This document shows positions 29,284 through 38,733 of a DNA stretch of 64,000 bases, piece after piece. Source of the stretch: an uncultured delta proteobacterium (lineage in GTDB: Bacteria > Desulfobacterota > RBG-13-43-22); the NCBI GenBank assembly GCA_963790475.1, contig CAWBOS010000010.1, positions 1,856,001 to 1,920,000 of the forward strand, in the 5' to 3' direction. Below the pieces are notes generated by a model. The model worked only from the letters and a program-made list of their open reading frames with translations. It was not told the DNA's origin and ran no database searches. The translations under genes and the position numbers were made by a program. Numbering within the stretch: position 1 is the first letter of the stretch; each line of letters begins with the position of its first letter.

Positions 29284-30063
29284 TATCCCGTGCTTTTTTC
29301 GCAGTTTGAAAGCGACAGAGCAGGGACGAGTCCTGCAAAAGTTCAGTTTTTTTTCGTTTTCGGCCAGAAGATACCGGTCTTCAGTGATTGCAGGCTCCTC
29401 AAATTTCACAACTTCAAATCCCAAAGAGATGAAAGCCTTCCAATAGTCCGAAAGAGGACGATGAAACCAGATGAATTCAGAAGTGAAGTGTCCCCAAGGT
29501 GGGTCTATACATTTCCTCTGTTCAAAGTATGGAAATGGCCAATAGTATCGTACTGCTTGCCCATCGGTAGAGACGGTTGCGCGTCCTTGGGGAAAGCAGG
29601 AGTGTGAGAACACGACTACTGCGAACCCGTTTGTCTTGAGGACTCGGTTGAAGGCCTTTATTGCTCCGGTTAAATCGGGTGTGTCCATGAGGACATAGTT
29701 ACCGATCACCATGTCAACCGAACCGTCAGCCACGGTCTTAAGCTCGGAACAGGAATCGACTCGGAACGGGACTTGGAGATTCTTCCCACTTGCGATCTCT
29801 ATCATCTTTTCTGAAAAATCAATGCCGATGACATATGCGCCCCGCTCATGGAGCATCCGGGACAGGTAACCTGTACCGCAACCCACATCAAGCACCTTTA
29901 GGCCGGCGACATCACCGACGAAATCCCAAAGGACTGGATCAGAATTCAAGACCCGGTTGCTGTCTCCTTTATCTCCCACCTGAATGTCCCAATCATACGC
30001 AACTCGATTCCAGAATGCGCGTGTCTCTTCTGTCTCGTCTTTGTTTATTATGATATCTTGCAT
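29278..30063 (-). CDS. Class I SAM methyltransferase cassette
   Basis: VLDVGCGTG, GIDFS, HRPLSDY; ATG lies inside R' GTTATGC, and R'' GCATAAC is its exact complement. Confidence 0.9.
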   Translation of the reverse strand: MQDIIINKDETEETRAFWNRVAYDWDIQVGDKGDSNRVLNSDPVLWDFVGDVAGLKVLDVGCGTGYLSRMLHERGAYVIGIDFSEKMIEIASGKNLQVPFRVDSCSELKTVADGSVDMVIGNYVLMDTPDLTGAIKAFNRVLKTNGFAVVVFSHSCFPQGRATVSTDGQAVRYYWPFPYFEQRKCIDPPWGHFTSEFIWFHRPLSDYWKAFISLGFEVVKFEEPAITEDRYLLAENEKKLNFCRTRPCSVAFKLRKKHGIA

Positions 30064-30120
30064 AACGGTACCCATCAAGGGGTATGGCTTTTCAGTGTCG
30101 TCTGCATGGGTTGGTTCGCG
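30060..30120 (-). other. attC site
   Basis: CGCGAAC-CAACCC-ATGCAGAC...CCTTGAT-GGGTACC-GTTATGC. Confidence 0.75.
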
Positions 30121-30664
30121 ATATTCTTCCCACTCTGACTTCAGAAGGCCGTACCCGACAAGATCCTCGTACTTGTCCCATTTCTTGACTTGCTGCCGGG
30201 AGTCCTTCCCTGGTCATACCGAGCTTTTGCATGACTCTACCCGATGCTGGATTTCTGCACAAATGCGATGCATGGATTCGGTTCAGGTTTAGCTCCATGA
30301 AACCGAACTTAAGCACAGAACGGCCTGCCTCCGTGCAGTAACCTTGTCTCCAGTAAGGACGGCCGACCCAGTACCCCAGTTCGGCGCGGTCGAAGCGGCG
30401 TTCGATCACAAGCCCGATGGCGCCGACAAGTTCACCGTCCGCCCTCATCGTAATCGCAAAGTTCACAAGTTCTCCGGCCTCGAATCTCGGTTGATGAGTC
30501 CTGATCCACTGTTCAGCCATGCCCTCTTCATAGGGGTGTGGGATATTGAGTGTCGTGTCGGCGATGGCACGGTCGCCTGCAAGGAGCCGGACGTCGGTGA
30601 CGTCGCTCATCTCGAATGGTCGCAGAATCAGCCGTTCAGTTTTCAAAGTCGGAAGTTGCTTCAT
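30092..30664 (-). CDS. RimJ/RimL-type GNAT cassette, frameshifted near 30200
   Basis: TERLILR, ELGYW, NPASGRVMQKLGM; alternative frame gives RQQVKKWDKYEDLVGYGLLKSEW. Confidence 0.85.
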   Translation of the reverse strand: MKQLPTLKTERLILRPFEMSDVTDVRLLAGDRAIADTTLNIPHPYEEGMAEQWIRTHQPRFEAGELVNFAITMRADGELVGAIGLVIERRFDRAELGYWVGRPYWRQGYCTEAGRSVLKFGFMELNLNRIHASHLCRNPASGRVMQKLGMTREGLPAASQEMGQVRGSCRVRPSEVRVGRISRTNPCRRH

Positions 30665-30847
30665 GTTTCCTCAGTGAATGTTGTACTTCATCGGTCGCCT
30701 CATTGCCCCGCCGACCAAGTTCTTCCCTTTCATTTCAGCTTAACTGCACCGGCACTGCCACATGGCCCTTTAGCAGAAGGGTCCAAAGATATACTATGCT
30801 CCATTTTTCTTCATTTCGTTCTTGAAAGAATAGAGCACAATCGCATC

Positions 30848-31570
30848 TCATCGCTTACGTAGCAGTACAATCGGCCTTTGGATTGGTTTGGGGCTTGGCA
30901 AGGGGTCATTCAGGTTCCAATTATTCCACCATCCCATGAATTCGAAGTCGGTACAATGTCGTATAAAGAGCAGGAACTCCTGCGGATAGATTAGCCGTTT
31001 TGAATCAGTCCCCGAGTATTTGTTTATTCGTCCGTTATCGGTCACCTCAAGAGTGATCGATTCCTCGTACCGCTGCTCAACCGGTTCGACTATCCGGCCT
31101 TGAACCATTGTTTTGACTTTGATACCCTGCTGCTCTATTTCCCAACTCTCTTCCATGCCTTGCATTGAACTGAAATAAACGCACCAATCGAGCAGGTACA
31201 GGGTGCCGCTTGGCAATACCCTGGCCACAGATTGGAAATGACTCAGGAGGTCGTCTGTTCCTTGAGCATAGAGGGACCCTAAGGCAACAAAGGCAAACTC
31301 GGCCGATCCGGTTAAAGCAAACCGGCACATATCTCCCTTTACGATAGTGGCTTTGTGGGGATCAGTCACTTTTCTTTGACTATAGTTGACCATTTGATCA
31401 TTAAGATCGAGCCCTATATATCGATAGTTTCTGGCCACCAGTTCGGTCATGTGGGGACTATTTCCACAGGCAAGCTCTAAGAAAGTGTGAACGGGGACTT
31501 GGGCATAGCGCTTTATGCACTCCTCGAAAACATTTACCTCGTGGGAAATGTCGCGGAATGAAAAGGCCAC
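30848..31570 (-). CDS. Class I SAM methyltransferase cassette
   Basis: LELACGNS, GLDLN; frame extends upstream as VYDYPQYYE, so the true start is uncertain. Confidence 0.85.
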   Translation of the reverse strand: MAFSFRDISHEVNVFEECIKRYAQVPVHTFLELACGNSPHMTELVARNYRYIGLDLNDQMVNYSQRKVTDPHKATIVKGDMCRFALTGSAEFAFVALGSLYAQGTDDLLSHFQSVARVLPSGTLYLLDWCVYFSSMQGMEESWEIEQQGIKVKTMVQGRIVEPVEQRYEESITLEVTDNGRINKYSGTDSKRLIYPQEFLLFIRHCTDFEFMGWWNNWNLNDPLPSPKPIQRPIVLLRKR

Positions 31571-31724
31571 TTCATAATACTGCGGGTAATCGTATACTAT
31601 TGACCCCTATCTATCCCCTTGGGCTGATGATTATCCATTGCGGAGCGGCAGCTCCCGCATAAATGCTTTCTGACCGGCGGTTCACCCCTAACCTTTCTCC
31701 TGCCGGAAAGGCACTATTTTTCCA

Positions 31725-32336
31725 TTACGTCTCGTTTTCCCCCCGTTTTTGCAACAGGCATCTCCAAGCTCTAGGCGGATTCGGTCGATTAGATCCGAAA
31801 TGACTGGAAGTGAGGGAAAGAACCTCAAAATAAGGCTCCACGGCCAAGACTATATCTCCGGCAGTCCGTTGAGGGGGACCAGGACCTTGGCGATGTTCAT
31901 CAGCGTTTCCAACGAGTGTCAGCCAAAGGCCGGCTTCTTCCAAATGGTTGGCAACATTTTGGGCAAACCGGCTTCGATCGTTTTCAGAACTGAATGAATG
32001 AAAACAGCCTCGGTCAAATACAAAGCCAAAAGGAGCACCTTCAATTTTGTTGTTAAGGAAATCAACCAGCATGAAATTACATTCCACGTTGGCTTTAGAA
32101 GCCTTTTCTTTGGCCTTCTCCAGAGCAATCTCCGAAGTGTCGGTGCCAACCACCTGAAAGCGGTTCTGGGCCAGCCATAGGGCATTGTCTCCGGTTCCAC
32201 AGCCAATATCTAAGGCTTTGCAGCTCAGAATAGGTTTTTGGGTAACCACTTCGATAAGGTTGAAATCTGCCTGGCCGACGTCCCAAGGAGTGTCCCCTGA
32301 TTTGTATCTATCTCGATAACGCTCTTCGACCGTCAT
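31725..32336 (-). CDS. TPMT-like SAM methyltransferase cassette
   Basis: DTPWD, LDIGCGTG, FDRGCFHS; AGGAGG RBS before MTVEERY. Confidence 0.88.
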   Translation of the reverse strand: MTVEERYRDRYKSGDTPWDVGQADFNLIEVVTQKPILSCKALDIGCGTGDNALWLAQNRFQVVGTDTSEIALEKAKEKASKANVECNFMLVDFLNNKIEGAPFGFVFDRGCFHSFSSENDRSRFAQNVANHLEEAGLWLTLVGNADEHRQGPGPPQRTAGDIVLAVEPYFEVLSLTSSHFGSNRPNPPRAWRCLLQKRGENET

Positions 32337-32359
32337 CTGATTCCTCCTTATAGCTATGA

Positions 32360-32432
32360 CATTAACGACACATATCACTATTCGCCGTAAAGCTGGAGAG
32401 GAATGGCAATCTTGTGCAGACATTGGTTTGCC
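32360..32432 (-). other. attC site of first cassette
   Basis: GGCAAAC-CAATG-TCTGCACA...AGTGATA-TGTGTC-GTTAATG. Confidence 0.7.
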
Positions 32433-32441
32433 GATGGAAAA

Positions 32442-32648
32442 TTATTCCATGGCTTCGGCGATCTTAATATCTCCCCTGAGAAGCTCATTCACTACCGAGG
32501 ATCGATCAATTCCTTTTTTTGAAGCAATTTTCTCAACGAAGATTGAAACGGCCTCGTCGAGGTAAACGGGAATGTTTAGCTTCATATCCGGACGATAAAA
32601 CCTACCTCTTTGACCTTTTGAAAAATCATACTCATTTCTCATGTTCAT
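32442..32648 (-). CDS. BrnA/CopG-like antitoxin
   Basis: MRNEYDFSKGQRGRFY; overlaps the toxin stop. Confidence 0.85.
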   Translation of the reverse strand: MNMRNEYDFSKGQRGRFYRPDMKLNIPVYLDEAVSIFVEKIASKKGIDRSSVVNELLRGDIKIAEAME

Positions 32649-32941
32649 TCACCATAGATTTTGATTTCTTGCTTAGTTGCCTTCCGGCCTGAAATAATCC
32701 TGATTCTTACGGCATCTTCATTTTCTTCACGAAAGGTATGGATCACAACCAATAACCTTCCATTTTCCGAAATACCCAGAGTTATCCATCGGTCTTCGGT
32801 TTCACTGTGGTCTGGATCAAATATGGAAAGTGCCTTTGAGTCCCTAAATACCGTTGCAGCTTCGTCAAAAGATACAGCATGTTTTTCTCGGTTTTCATGC
32901 GCTTTTGGGGGATCCCACTCAAAAATGTAATTTGTGGCCAT
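32645..32941 (-). CDS. brnT: BrnT family toxin
   Basis: FEWDPPKAHENREKHAVSFDEA...IRIISGRKAT. Confidence 0.9.
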   Translation of the reverse strand: MATNYIFEWDPPKAHENREKHAVSFDEAATVFRDSKALSIFDPDHSETEDRWITLGISENGRLLVVIHTFREENEDAVRIRIISGRKATKQEIKIYGE

Positions 32942-32983
32942 TTTGCACTCATTTAATTTTATAGTAAAATCGATTCGTTATAT

Positions 32984-33005
32984 GGCGAACAAATTATTCA
33001 AAAGT
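32984..33005 (-). other. attI-like recombination site (candidate)
   Basis: AT-rich CTTTTGAATAATTT then GTTCGCC with no upstream hairpin; GTTCGCC matches R'' GGCAAAC of the first cassette at 6 of 7 positions. Confidence 0.5.
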
Positions 33006-33054
33006 TGGGGTTTGAAGACCCTTGATCAATAAAACCTCAAATTCACCGTAACCT

Positions 33055-33083
33055 ATTATAAATGATAAATATTATCTTGACAA
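33055..33083 (-). promoter_or_regulatory. Pc-like promoter firing into the cassette array
   Basis: Minus strand TTGTCA-17-TATAAT, 65 nt before the attI-like GTT. Confidence 0.6.
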
Positions 33084-33184
33084 TTTTTATTATCCTTCTA
33101 ATTTATCGTCTGAATGGCTTGTTAAAAGAATAATAATGAATTTGTGCTGTTCATCGAATCATCCGTTCAAGAGAGGACCAACCC

Positions 33185-35137
33185 ATGACCATCAAAAGTC
33201 CCACCCATCCTTCGCCTCTGCCGGAAGAACTCGCCATCTCAAAACCGGCAACGAAATATACTGTTGAAAAGAATGCGACGGTACTGATGGAATTGCCTTT
33301 TGAAGACCGTGGCAGTTTCGAGAATGCCGCCCGTGGTTTCATCGCCAGTATTTCTCCCCTGACCATCAAACGATCGACGGATGGTAAGATAACCTACGAT
33401 CTCTCAAACCTTTCTTTCCTCGAGGGAGAGGCCCCATCCACCGCCAACCCCAGCCTCTGGCGCCAGGCCCAGCTCAATGCCCTTCATCACGGCCTCTTTG
33501 AAGTTGCAGACGGCATCTATCAGGTGAGGTCCTTTGATCTGGGCCATATGACTTTGATTCGAGGAGAAACCGGATGGATTGTGATCGATCCCCTGACCTC
33601 GGCCGAGTCTTCGCAAGCGGCCCTCGATCTGGCTGACAAACATCTGGGGCGCCGTCCGGTGAGGGCCATCATTTTCACCCACAGTCATGCCGATCATTTT
33701 GCGGGTGTGCTCGGCGTGATCGATCCGGAGGATGTAACATCCGGAAAGGTGGCTGTCGTCGCCCCGGATCAGTTTGTCAAGGCCGCTCTCAGCGAAAATG
33801 TGCTGGCCGGTAATGTCATGAGGCGGCGGGCCGATTATATGTACGGGCATTCATTGCCTCATTCACCCCGGGGCTTTATCACCAACGGCCTGGGGGCCCT
33901 GCTGTCGCTGGGATCAACCGGTTTTGTGGTCCCGACGGATATCATCAAGAAAACGGGCGAAACCCGGGTGGTCGATGGGGTCGAGATCGTCTTCCAGATG
34001 ACTCCCGACACGGAAGCGGTATCTGAGTTCGTTTTCTATCTCCCCCAATTTCGCGCCCTCTGTATGTCGGAGATCACCTCCCATCATTTACATAATGTTT
34101 ACACACCCCGGGGAGCGCAGGTTCGAGACGCCCTGGCCTGGTCCAATCAGATAAACCAATCGATCGATCTCTTCGGTGACCGAGTGGAGGTCCAGTTCGG
34201 AAGTCATCATTGGCCGGTCTGGGGACGGGAAGCGGTGATCGAATATTTGAAACAGCAACGGGACCTCTACAAATACATCCATGACCAGACCCTGCGTCTG
34301 GCCAACCACGGCTATACCAAAGAAGAAATCGCCGAGCAATTAAGACTTCCAGAAAGCCTGGCCCGGAATTTCTCCAATCGCGATTACTACGGAACCGTCA
34401 GCCACAACGCCAAGGCGGTATATGTGAAATACCTGGGTTACTTCGACGGCAACCCGGCCAATCTGAACCCCTTACCCCCGTCGGAAGCCTCCCGACGCTA
34501 TGTGGACTATATGGGCGGCGGTGATGCAATAATCCAAAAGGCCCGAAAATCCTTTGATGATGGGGATTACCGTTGGGTGGCTCAGGTGTTGAACCATGTT
34601 GTTCTGTCAGAACCGGATAATATACAGGCCCGGGCCTTGCTGGCCGACACCTATGAACAAATGGGTTATCAAACCGAATCCGGGCCATGGCGTAACTTTT
34701 ATCTTACCGGGGCCCTTGAACTTCGTCATGGTATTCCCGAAGGCTCCCCTGCGAAAATGAGCCCGGGCATGGTGCAGGGCCTGCCCCTGGAAAACGTATT
34801 TCAGGCCCTGGCCGTGCGTCTAAACGGCCCCAAAGCGGAAGGCAAACGATTGGTCCTCAATCTGAATTTCACCGATCTTGACCAACCCTATTTATTAACC
34901 GTTGAAAATTCGGTATTAAACACCTTCATCAACAAACAGGATCCCCGGGCGACCACCAAGTTGACTCTGTCCAGCCTGGACTTCAAATATCTGATGTCCG
35001 GTCTTGTCACCGCGGCCGACCTGATCTCCGCCAACAGGCTGGTAGTGGAAGGGGATCTGTCGATGCTTGTTGATTTCGCAAACCTCTTTGACCAGTTCAA
35101 TCCCTTTTTTCCAATCGTCACCCCCCGGCAAGATTAG
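33185..35137 (+). CDS. Alkyl/aryl-sulfatase (SdsA1/BDS1 family, MBL fold + SCP2-like C-terminus)
   Basis: NPSLWRQAQLN, THSHADHFAG, HNVYTPRGAQVRD, HHWP. Confidence 0.93.
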   Translation: MTIKSPTHPSPLPEELAISKPATKYTVEKNATVLMELPFEDRGSFENAARGFIASISPLTIKRSTDGKITYDLSNLSFLEGEAPSTANPSLWRQAQLNALHHGLFEVADGIYQVRSFDLGHMTLIRGETGWIVIDPLTSAESSQAALDLADKHLGRRPVRAIIFTHSHADHFAGVLGVIDPEDVTSGKVAVVAPDQFVKAALSENVLAGNVMRRRADYMYGHSLPHSPRGFITNGLGALLSLGSTGFVVPTDIIKKTGETRVVDGVEIVFQMTPDTEAVSEFVFYLPQFRALCMSEITSHHLHNVYTPRGAQVRDALAWSNQINQSIDLFGDRVEVQFGSHHWPVWGREAVIEYLKQQRDLYKYIHDQTLRLANHGYTKEEIAEQLRLPESLARNFSNRDYYGTVSHNAKAVYVKYLGYFDGNPANLNPLPPSEASRRYVDYMGGGDAIIQKARKSFDDGDYRWVAQVLNHVVLSEPDNIQARALLADTYEQMGYQTESGPWRNFYLTGALELRHGIPEGSPAKMSPGMVQGLPLENVFQALAVRLNGPKAEGKRLVLNLNFTDLDQPYLLTVENSVLNTFINKQDPRATTKLTLSSLDFKYLMSGLVTAADLISANRLVVEGDLSMLVDFANLFDQFNPFFPIVTPRQD

Positions 35138-35242
35138 GAGGAGTTTTAAAAATTTTGACATAAAATCTGAGTTCAGATAATATTTCTAAAAATTTATACT
35201 CCCTTCAAAAAAAATGTTCAGCAGATAAGGAGCTCAAAAATA

Positions 35243-36238
35243 ATGAAAGAGCATAGGATCGGCGCCATTGTTATCCCTTACGGGATGTTCATCAATGACG
35301 TTACCTTGAACGAACGAACCCTGGAGAGAATCAGGCAGATTGCTCCGGAGGCCGAAATACTTATCATCAGAAACAAACAGGATTGGGAGCAAAGGGCCGA
35401 TGAGTTGACCTCGAATACAGAACTGGTTTTCGGACGTCTTCCCTTTGCCCGTCTTCGTGAACTTCCCAATCTGCGCTGGGTTCAGCAGGACTTTGCCGGA
35501 ACGGACTGGTTACTAAATTTTCCGGACCTCATCGAAAAAGAATTCATCTTGACCAATGCCTCGGGGGTCCATGCCATTCCGATTGCCGAACATATTCTGG
35601 CCATGATGCTGGCCCTGGCCCGTGATTTTCCCTACAGTTTCCAAAAACAACGCAACCATCAATGGGGACGGCGGGGCCAGGTGACCGAACTGGAGGGAAC
35701 AACCCTGGGGGTGATCGGGCTGGGAAGGATCGGAGAGAAAACAGCCGAAAAAGCCAAAGGTTTAAACATGAAGGTTTTGGCCACGCGCCGGAATCCGGAG
35801 CGCTCTTCTCCTTATGTTGATCGGATGTATGGGGCGGAGGGGCTCAAGGAACTGCTCACCCAATCCGACTGGGTCGTTATCGCCGCGCCCATGACACCGG
35901 AAACAAGAGGGATGATCGGAGAAAAAGAGCTAAGGAGCATGAAGAAATCCGCCCATATCATTAATATCGCCCGGGGTTCCATTATCCAGGAAAAGGTCCT
36001 GACCAAAGCCCTGCAGGAAGGTTGGATCGCCGGGGCCGGCCTCGATGTCTTTGAGAAAGAACCCCTGCCGGAAGATTCCCCCTTGTGGGATATGGAAAAT
36101 GTTATCATTACCGGGCACTTTGCCGGGTCAACCCCCTTCTATTTCGAAAGGGTCCTGGAAATATTCCTCGAAAACCTGAGACGCTATCGGGCCGGTGAGC
36201 CCTTATTCAACGTAGTGGATAAACAGAGAGGTTATTAA
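35243..36238 (+). CDS. D-2-hydroxyacid dehydrogenase
   Basis: GVIGLGRIG, INIARG, LDVFEKEP, H. Confidence 0.92.
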   Translation: MKEHRIGAIVIPYGMFINDVTLNERTLERIRQIAPEAEILIIRNKQDWEQRADELTSNTELVFGRLPFARLRELPNLRWVQQDFAGTDWLLNFPDLIEKEFILTNASGVHAIPIAEHILAMMLALARDFPYSFQKQRNHQWGRRGQVTELEGTTLGVIGLGRIGEKTAEKAKGLNMKVLATRRNPERSSPYVDRMYGAEGLKELLTQSDWVVIAAPMTPETRGMIGEKELRSMKKSAHIINIARGSIIQEKVLTKALQEGWIAGAGLDVFEKEPLPEDSPLWDMENVIITGHFAGSTPFYFERVLEIFLENLRRYRAGEPLFNVVDKQRGY

Positions 36239-36278
36239 GTCAGCTCAACTTTGATCCGCTTTTTCCATTTTTTATTCC

Positions 36279-36310
36279 AAAAAAAGGGGCGATTCGCATC
36301 GCCCCCTTTT
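36279..36310. terminator. Bidirectional intrinsic terminator
   Basis: A7-GGGGCGAT-TCGC-ATCGCCCC-CTTTT between convergent genes. Confidence 0.8.
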
Positions 36311-36333
36311 CATACTAATTAGCTTTACTTCTT

Positions 36334-37101
36334 TTACTTCCAACCACCTCGGGCACCACGTCCCATACCCAGGGGGCCGGCCGGCCAGTTGAATCCGGTC
36401 ATCATAACATTATCTACATCTTCGCCGGTGGCGATACCTTCTTGGACGATTTTCAATGCTTCCAAGGTCAGGGCCTTATAAATACGATTTCCGATAAAAC
36501 CCGTATCACCCGGAATATCTTTGACCTTCACGGTCAACTTGCCCATCTTACGTCCCAACTCCATGATGATGTCAACCACCTCGGGAAGGACATCAGCCGT
36601 ATAGATGACCTCACAGCCTTTCATGATACTTGCCGGGCTGAAGAAGTGCATCCCGATAAAACGGTCCTTGCGATTGGTAACCGCCGCCAGATCGGCGATG
36701 GTGAAAAATGAAGTGTTGCTGGCGAAAATAGCTTTCTTGTTAATGGCCTTATCCAGATCGGCGAAGACCTTTAGTTTCATGTCTTTGTTTTCCATTTGGC
36801 CGGGGCCGCCGCCAATGGCCTCGATCAATAGGTCAACGTCTTTAAGGTCCTCGATCTTGCTGGTTGTAGACAACAGGGCCAGGGCCTGGTCAGCCTGTTC
36901 CTGGGTCATCTTGCCACGTTGGACTCCTCCGGCCAAACCGAAACGGCCATTAGCGACAGCGTCTTTGGCCTTGGCGGCCAACTCATCGGTAAGATCACGG
37001 CAAATAACCTTGTATCCGGCCAGAATCGCCGACTGGCTGATCCCCTGGCCCATTACGCCACCACCCAGTACTCCGATTGTTTTGATGTCTTCGAGCTTCA
37101 T
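36334..37101 (-). CDS. 3-hydroxyacyl-CoA dehydrogenase (copy 1)
   Basis: GVLGGGVMG, ASNTS, GMHFFSP, GFIGNR. Confidence 0.92.
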   Translation of the reverse strand: MKLEDIKTIGVLGGGVMGQGISQSAILAGYKVICRDLTDELAAKAKDAVANGRFGLAGGVQRGKMTQEQADQALALLSTTSKIEDLKDVDLLIEAIGGGPGQMENKDMKLKVFADLDKAINKKAIFASNTSFFTIADLAAVTNRKDRFIGMHFFSPASIMKGCEVIYTADVLPEVVDIIMELGRKMGKLTVKVKDIPGDTGFIGNRIYKALTLEALKIVQEGIATGEDVDNVMMTGFNWPAGPLGMGRGARGGWK

Positions 37102-37462
37102 TTCTTACCTCCTTATTTGGGTTTTTTATGCTCCGCGAGATGTTTCGAGTAGACCGATGAATATGAAAACGATCCGGCTATTGGAAACCTGCTCTGATAC
37201 TTGGTCAAGTTATAAGGGAAGACAGTTGCCTGTCAAGAAAAATATTTTCTTTATTTTTCTTGAGCTGTCTTTTTTCCTTTTTGCCTTGACTTCTTAATGT
37301 TAAGTGTGGTAAAACATGCTAAAAGTGAACGAGCGCTCGGAATTTATTCGGCCTGTTCGGGACCCGTTTTGTCATTATTTTAATTGGCAGGTTGGTATTT
37401 GGGACTTTCTATAAATCCATAAATGATAGAGATAGGGAAGCCTAAAAAAAGGAGGAAGATAA

Positions 37463-38572
37463 ATGGCTGATTTTACATTAGACGAAGATCAAAAACAGAT
37501 CCAGGACATGATGCGCAAATTTGCCGAAAAGGAGTTAAGGCCTATTGCGCGGGATTGTGATGAAAAAGATGAATTACCGGAAGACCTCTTGCAGAAGGTC
37601 TGGGAGCTGGGTTTTTGCGCTAATATTATCCCAGAAAAATTCGGCGGGTACGACATGAGCCGCTCGGCCCTTAACGCCGCAATCATGGCCGAAGAACTGG
37701 CCTGGGGAGACACCAGTCTGGCCATCGGAGCGTTATCCCCTTTGCTGATGGCCGTTCCCGTTCTTGAGTTCGGGACCGACGAACAAAAAGAGGAATGGCT
37801 GCCGAAGTTTTGCAGCGAGAATTTTTACCCGGCCACAGCGGCCCTGATGGAACGCCGGATCACCTTTGAACCGACGATGTTGCACACCACGGTGGAGATG
37901 CAAAAAGAGGTGATGGTGTTAAACGGGGCCAAATGCATGGTACCCCTGGCCGACCGGGCGGAGCAGATCCTGGTTTATGCCACCACCGCTAAAGGAGCCG
38001 GGGCGGCGGCGATTGAAGCAATCATCGTGGATAGGAACACTCCCGGAGTGACTGTCGGCGAAAAGGAAAAGAATATGGGGTTCAAACCCTTACCCCTATT
38101 TCCGGTGACGTTCAAGGATGTAGAGGTGCCCATTTCTCGCCGTCTGGGAGGAGAGAAAAGTATCAACTTCATGAGACTGCTGAATCTTTCCCGGGCCAAT
38201 CTCTGTTCTATGGCCGTTGGGGTTTCCCGGGCCTCGAATGAGTATGCCATTAAATACGCCAAAGAGCGTTTTGCCTTTGGGGAGCCCATAGCCAGCCGAC
38301 AGGCAGTGGCCTGGATGTTGGGGGAATCGGCGATAGAAGTGGCCGGGATGCGGTTGATGGTCAGGCGGACGGCTTGGCGGTTGGACCGGAACGAAGATGC
38401 CACTCGGGACGCCGGGCTGACTAAAATGTATTGCGCCGACAAGACCATGCTGGTTACGGATTACGGGGTGCAGGTTTTAGGCGGTCACGGATATATCCGA
38501 GAACATCCGGTGGAATTGTGGTTCAGAAACGGCCGGGGTTTTGACACCCTGGAAGGATTGGCCATCGGATAA
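37463..38572 (+). CDS. Acyl-CoA dehydrogenase (FadE24-like partner subunit)
   Basis: EELAWGD, R.AFG.PI, VQVLGGHGY; short C-terminus. Confidence 0.9.
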   Translation: MADFTLDEDQKQIQDMMRKFAEKELRPIARDCDEKDELPEDLLQKVWELGFCANIIPEKFGGYDMSRSALNAAIMAEELAWGDTSLAIGALSPLLMAVPVLEFGTDEQKEEWLPKFCSENFYPATAALMERRITFEPTMLHTTVEMQKEVMVLNGAKCMVPLADRAEQILVYATTAKGAGAAAIEAIIVDRNTPGVTVGEKEKNMGFKPLPLFPVTFKDVEVPISRRLGGEKSINFMRLLNLSRANLCSMAVGVSRASNEYAIKYAKERFAFGEPIASRQAVAWMLGESAIEVAGMRLMVRRTAWRLDRNEDATRDAGLTKMYCADKTMLVTDYGVQVLGGHGYIREHPVELWFRNGRGFDTLEGLAIG

Positions 38573-38577
38573 AAGAT

Positions 38578-38684
38578 AGGTTTAAGGTCTAAGGTCCAAG
38601 GTGTAAGGTGAAAGAACTCTAAACCCCCAACACCTTAAACCTTAACCCTTATACCTTATACCGTACACCTTAAACCTTAGACCT
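38578..38684. repeat. Inverted arrays of 7-mer repeats (AAGGTNT / ACCTTAA)
   Basis: AAGGTCT AAGGTCC AAGGTGT AAGGTG ... ACCTTAA ACCTTAA CCCTTAT ACCTTAT ACCGTAC ACCTTAA ACCTTAG. Confidence 0.8.
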
Positions 38685-38733
38685 TTTGATTATAAAACGA
38701 AGCCCCCACGGGCTTCGCCAAGGGAGGAAAACG

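Larger units (their letters stand above)
21000..33083 (-). mobile_element. Integron gene-cassette array without integrase (CALIN-like)
   Basis: 15 short co-oriented minus-strand genes (excluding the IS), mostly separated by 57-73 bp imperfect palindromes with the AAC...GTT attC architecture. Confidence 0.9.

Noticed and set aside
30665-31724. attC sites in the spacers at 30665-30847 and 31571-31724
   Set aside because: Only partial core-like motifs, with no convincing L''/L' pairing; not listed as features
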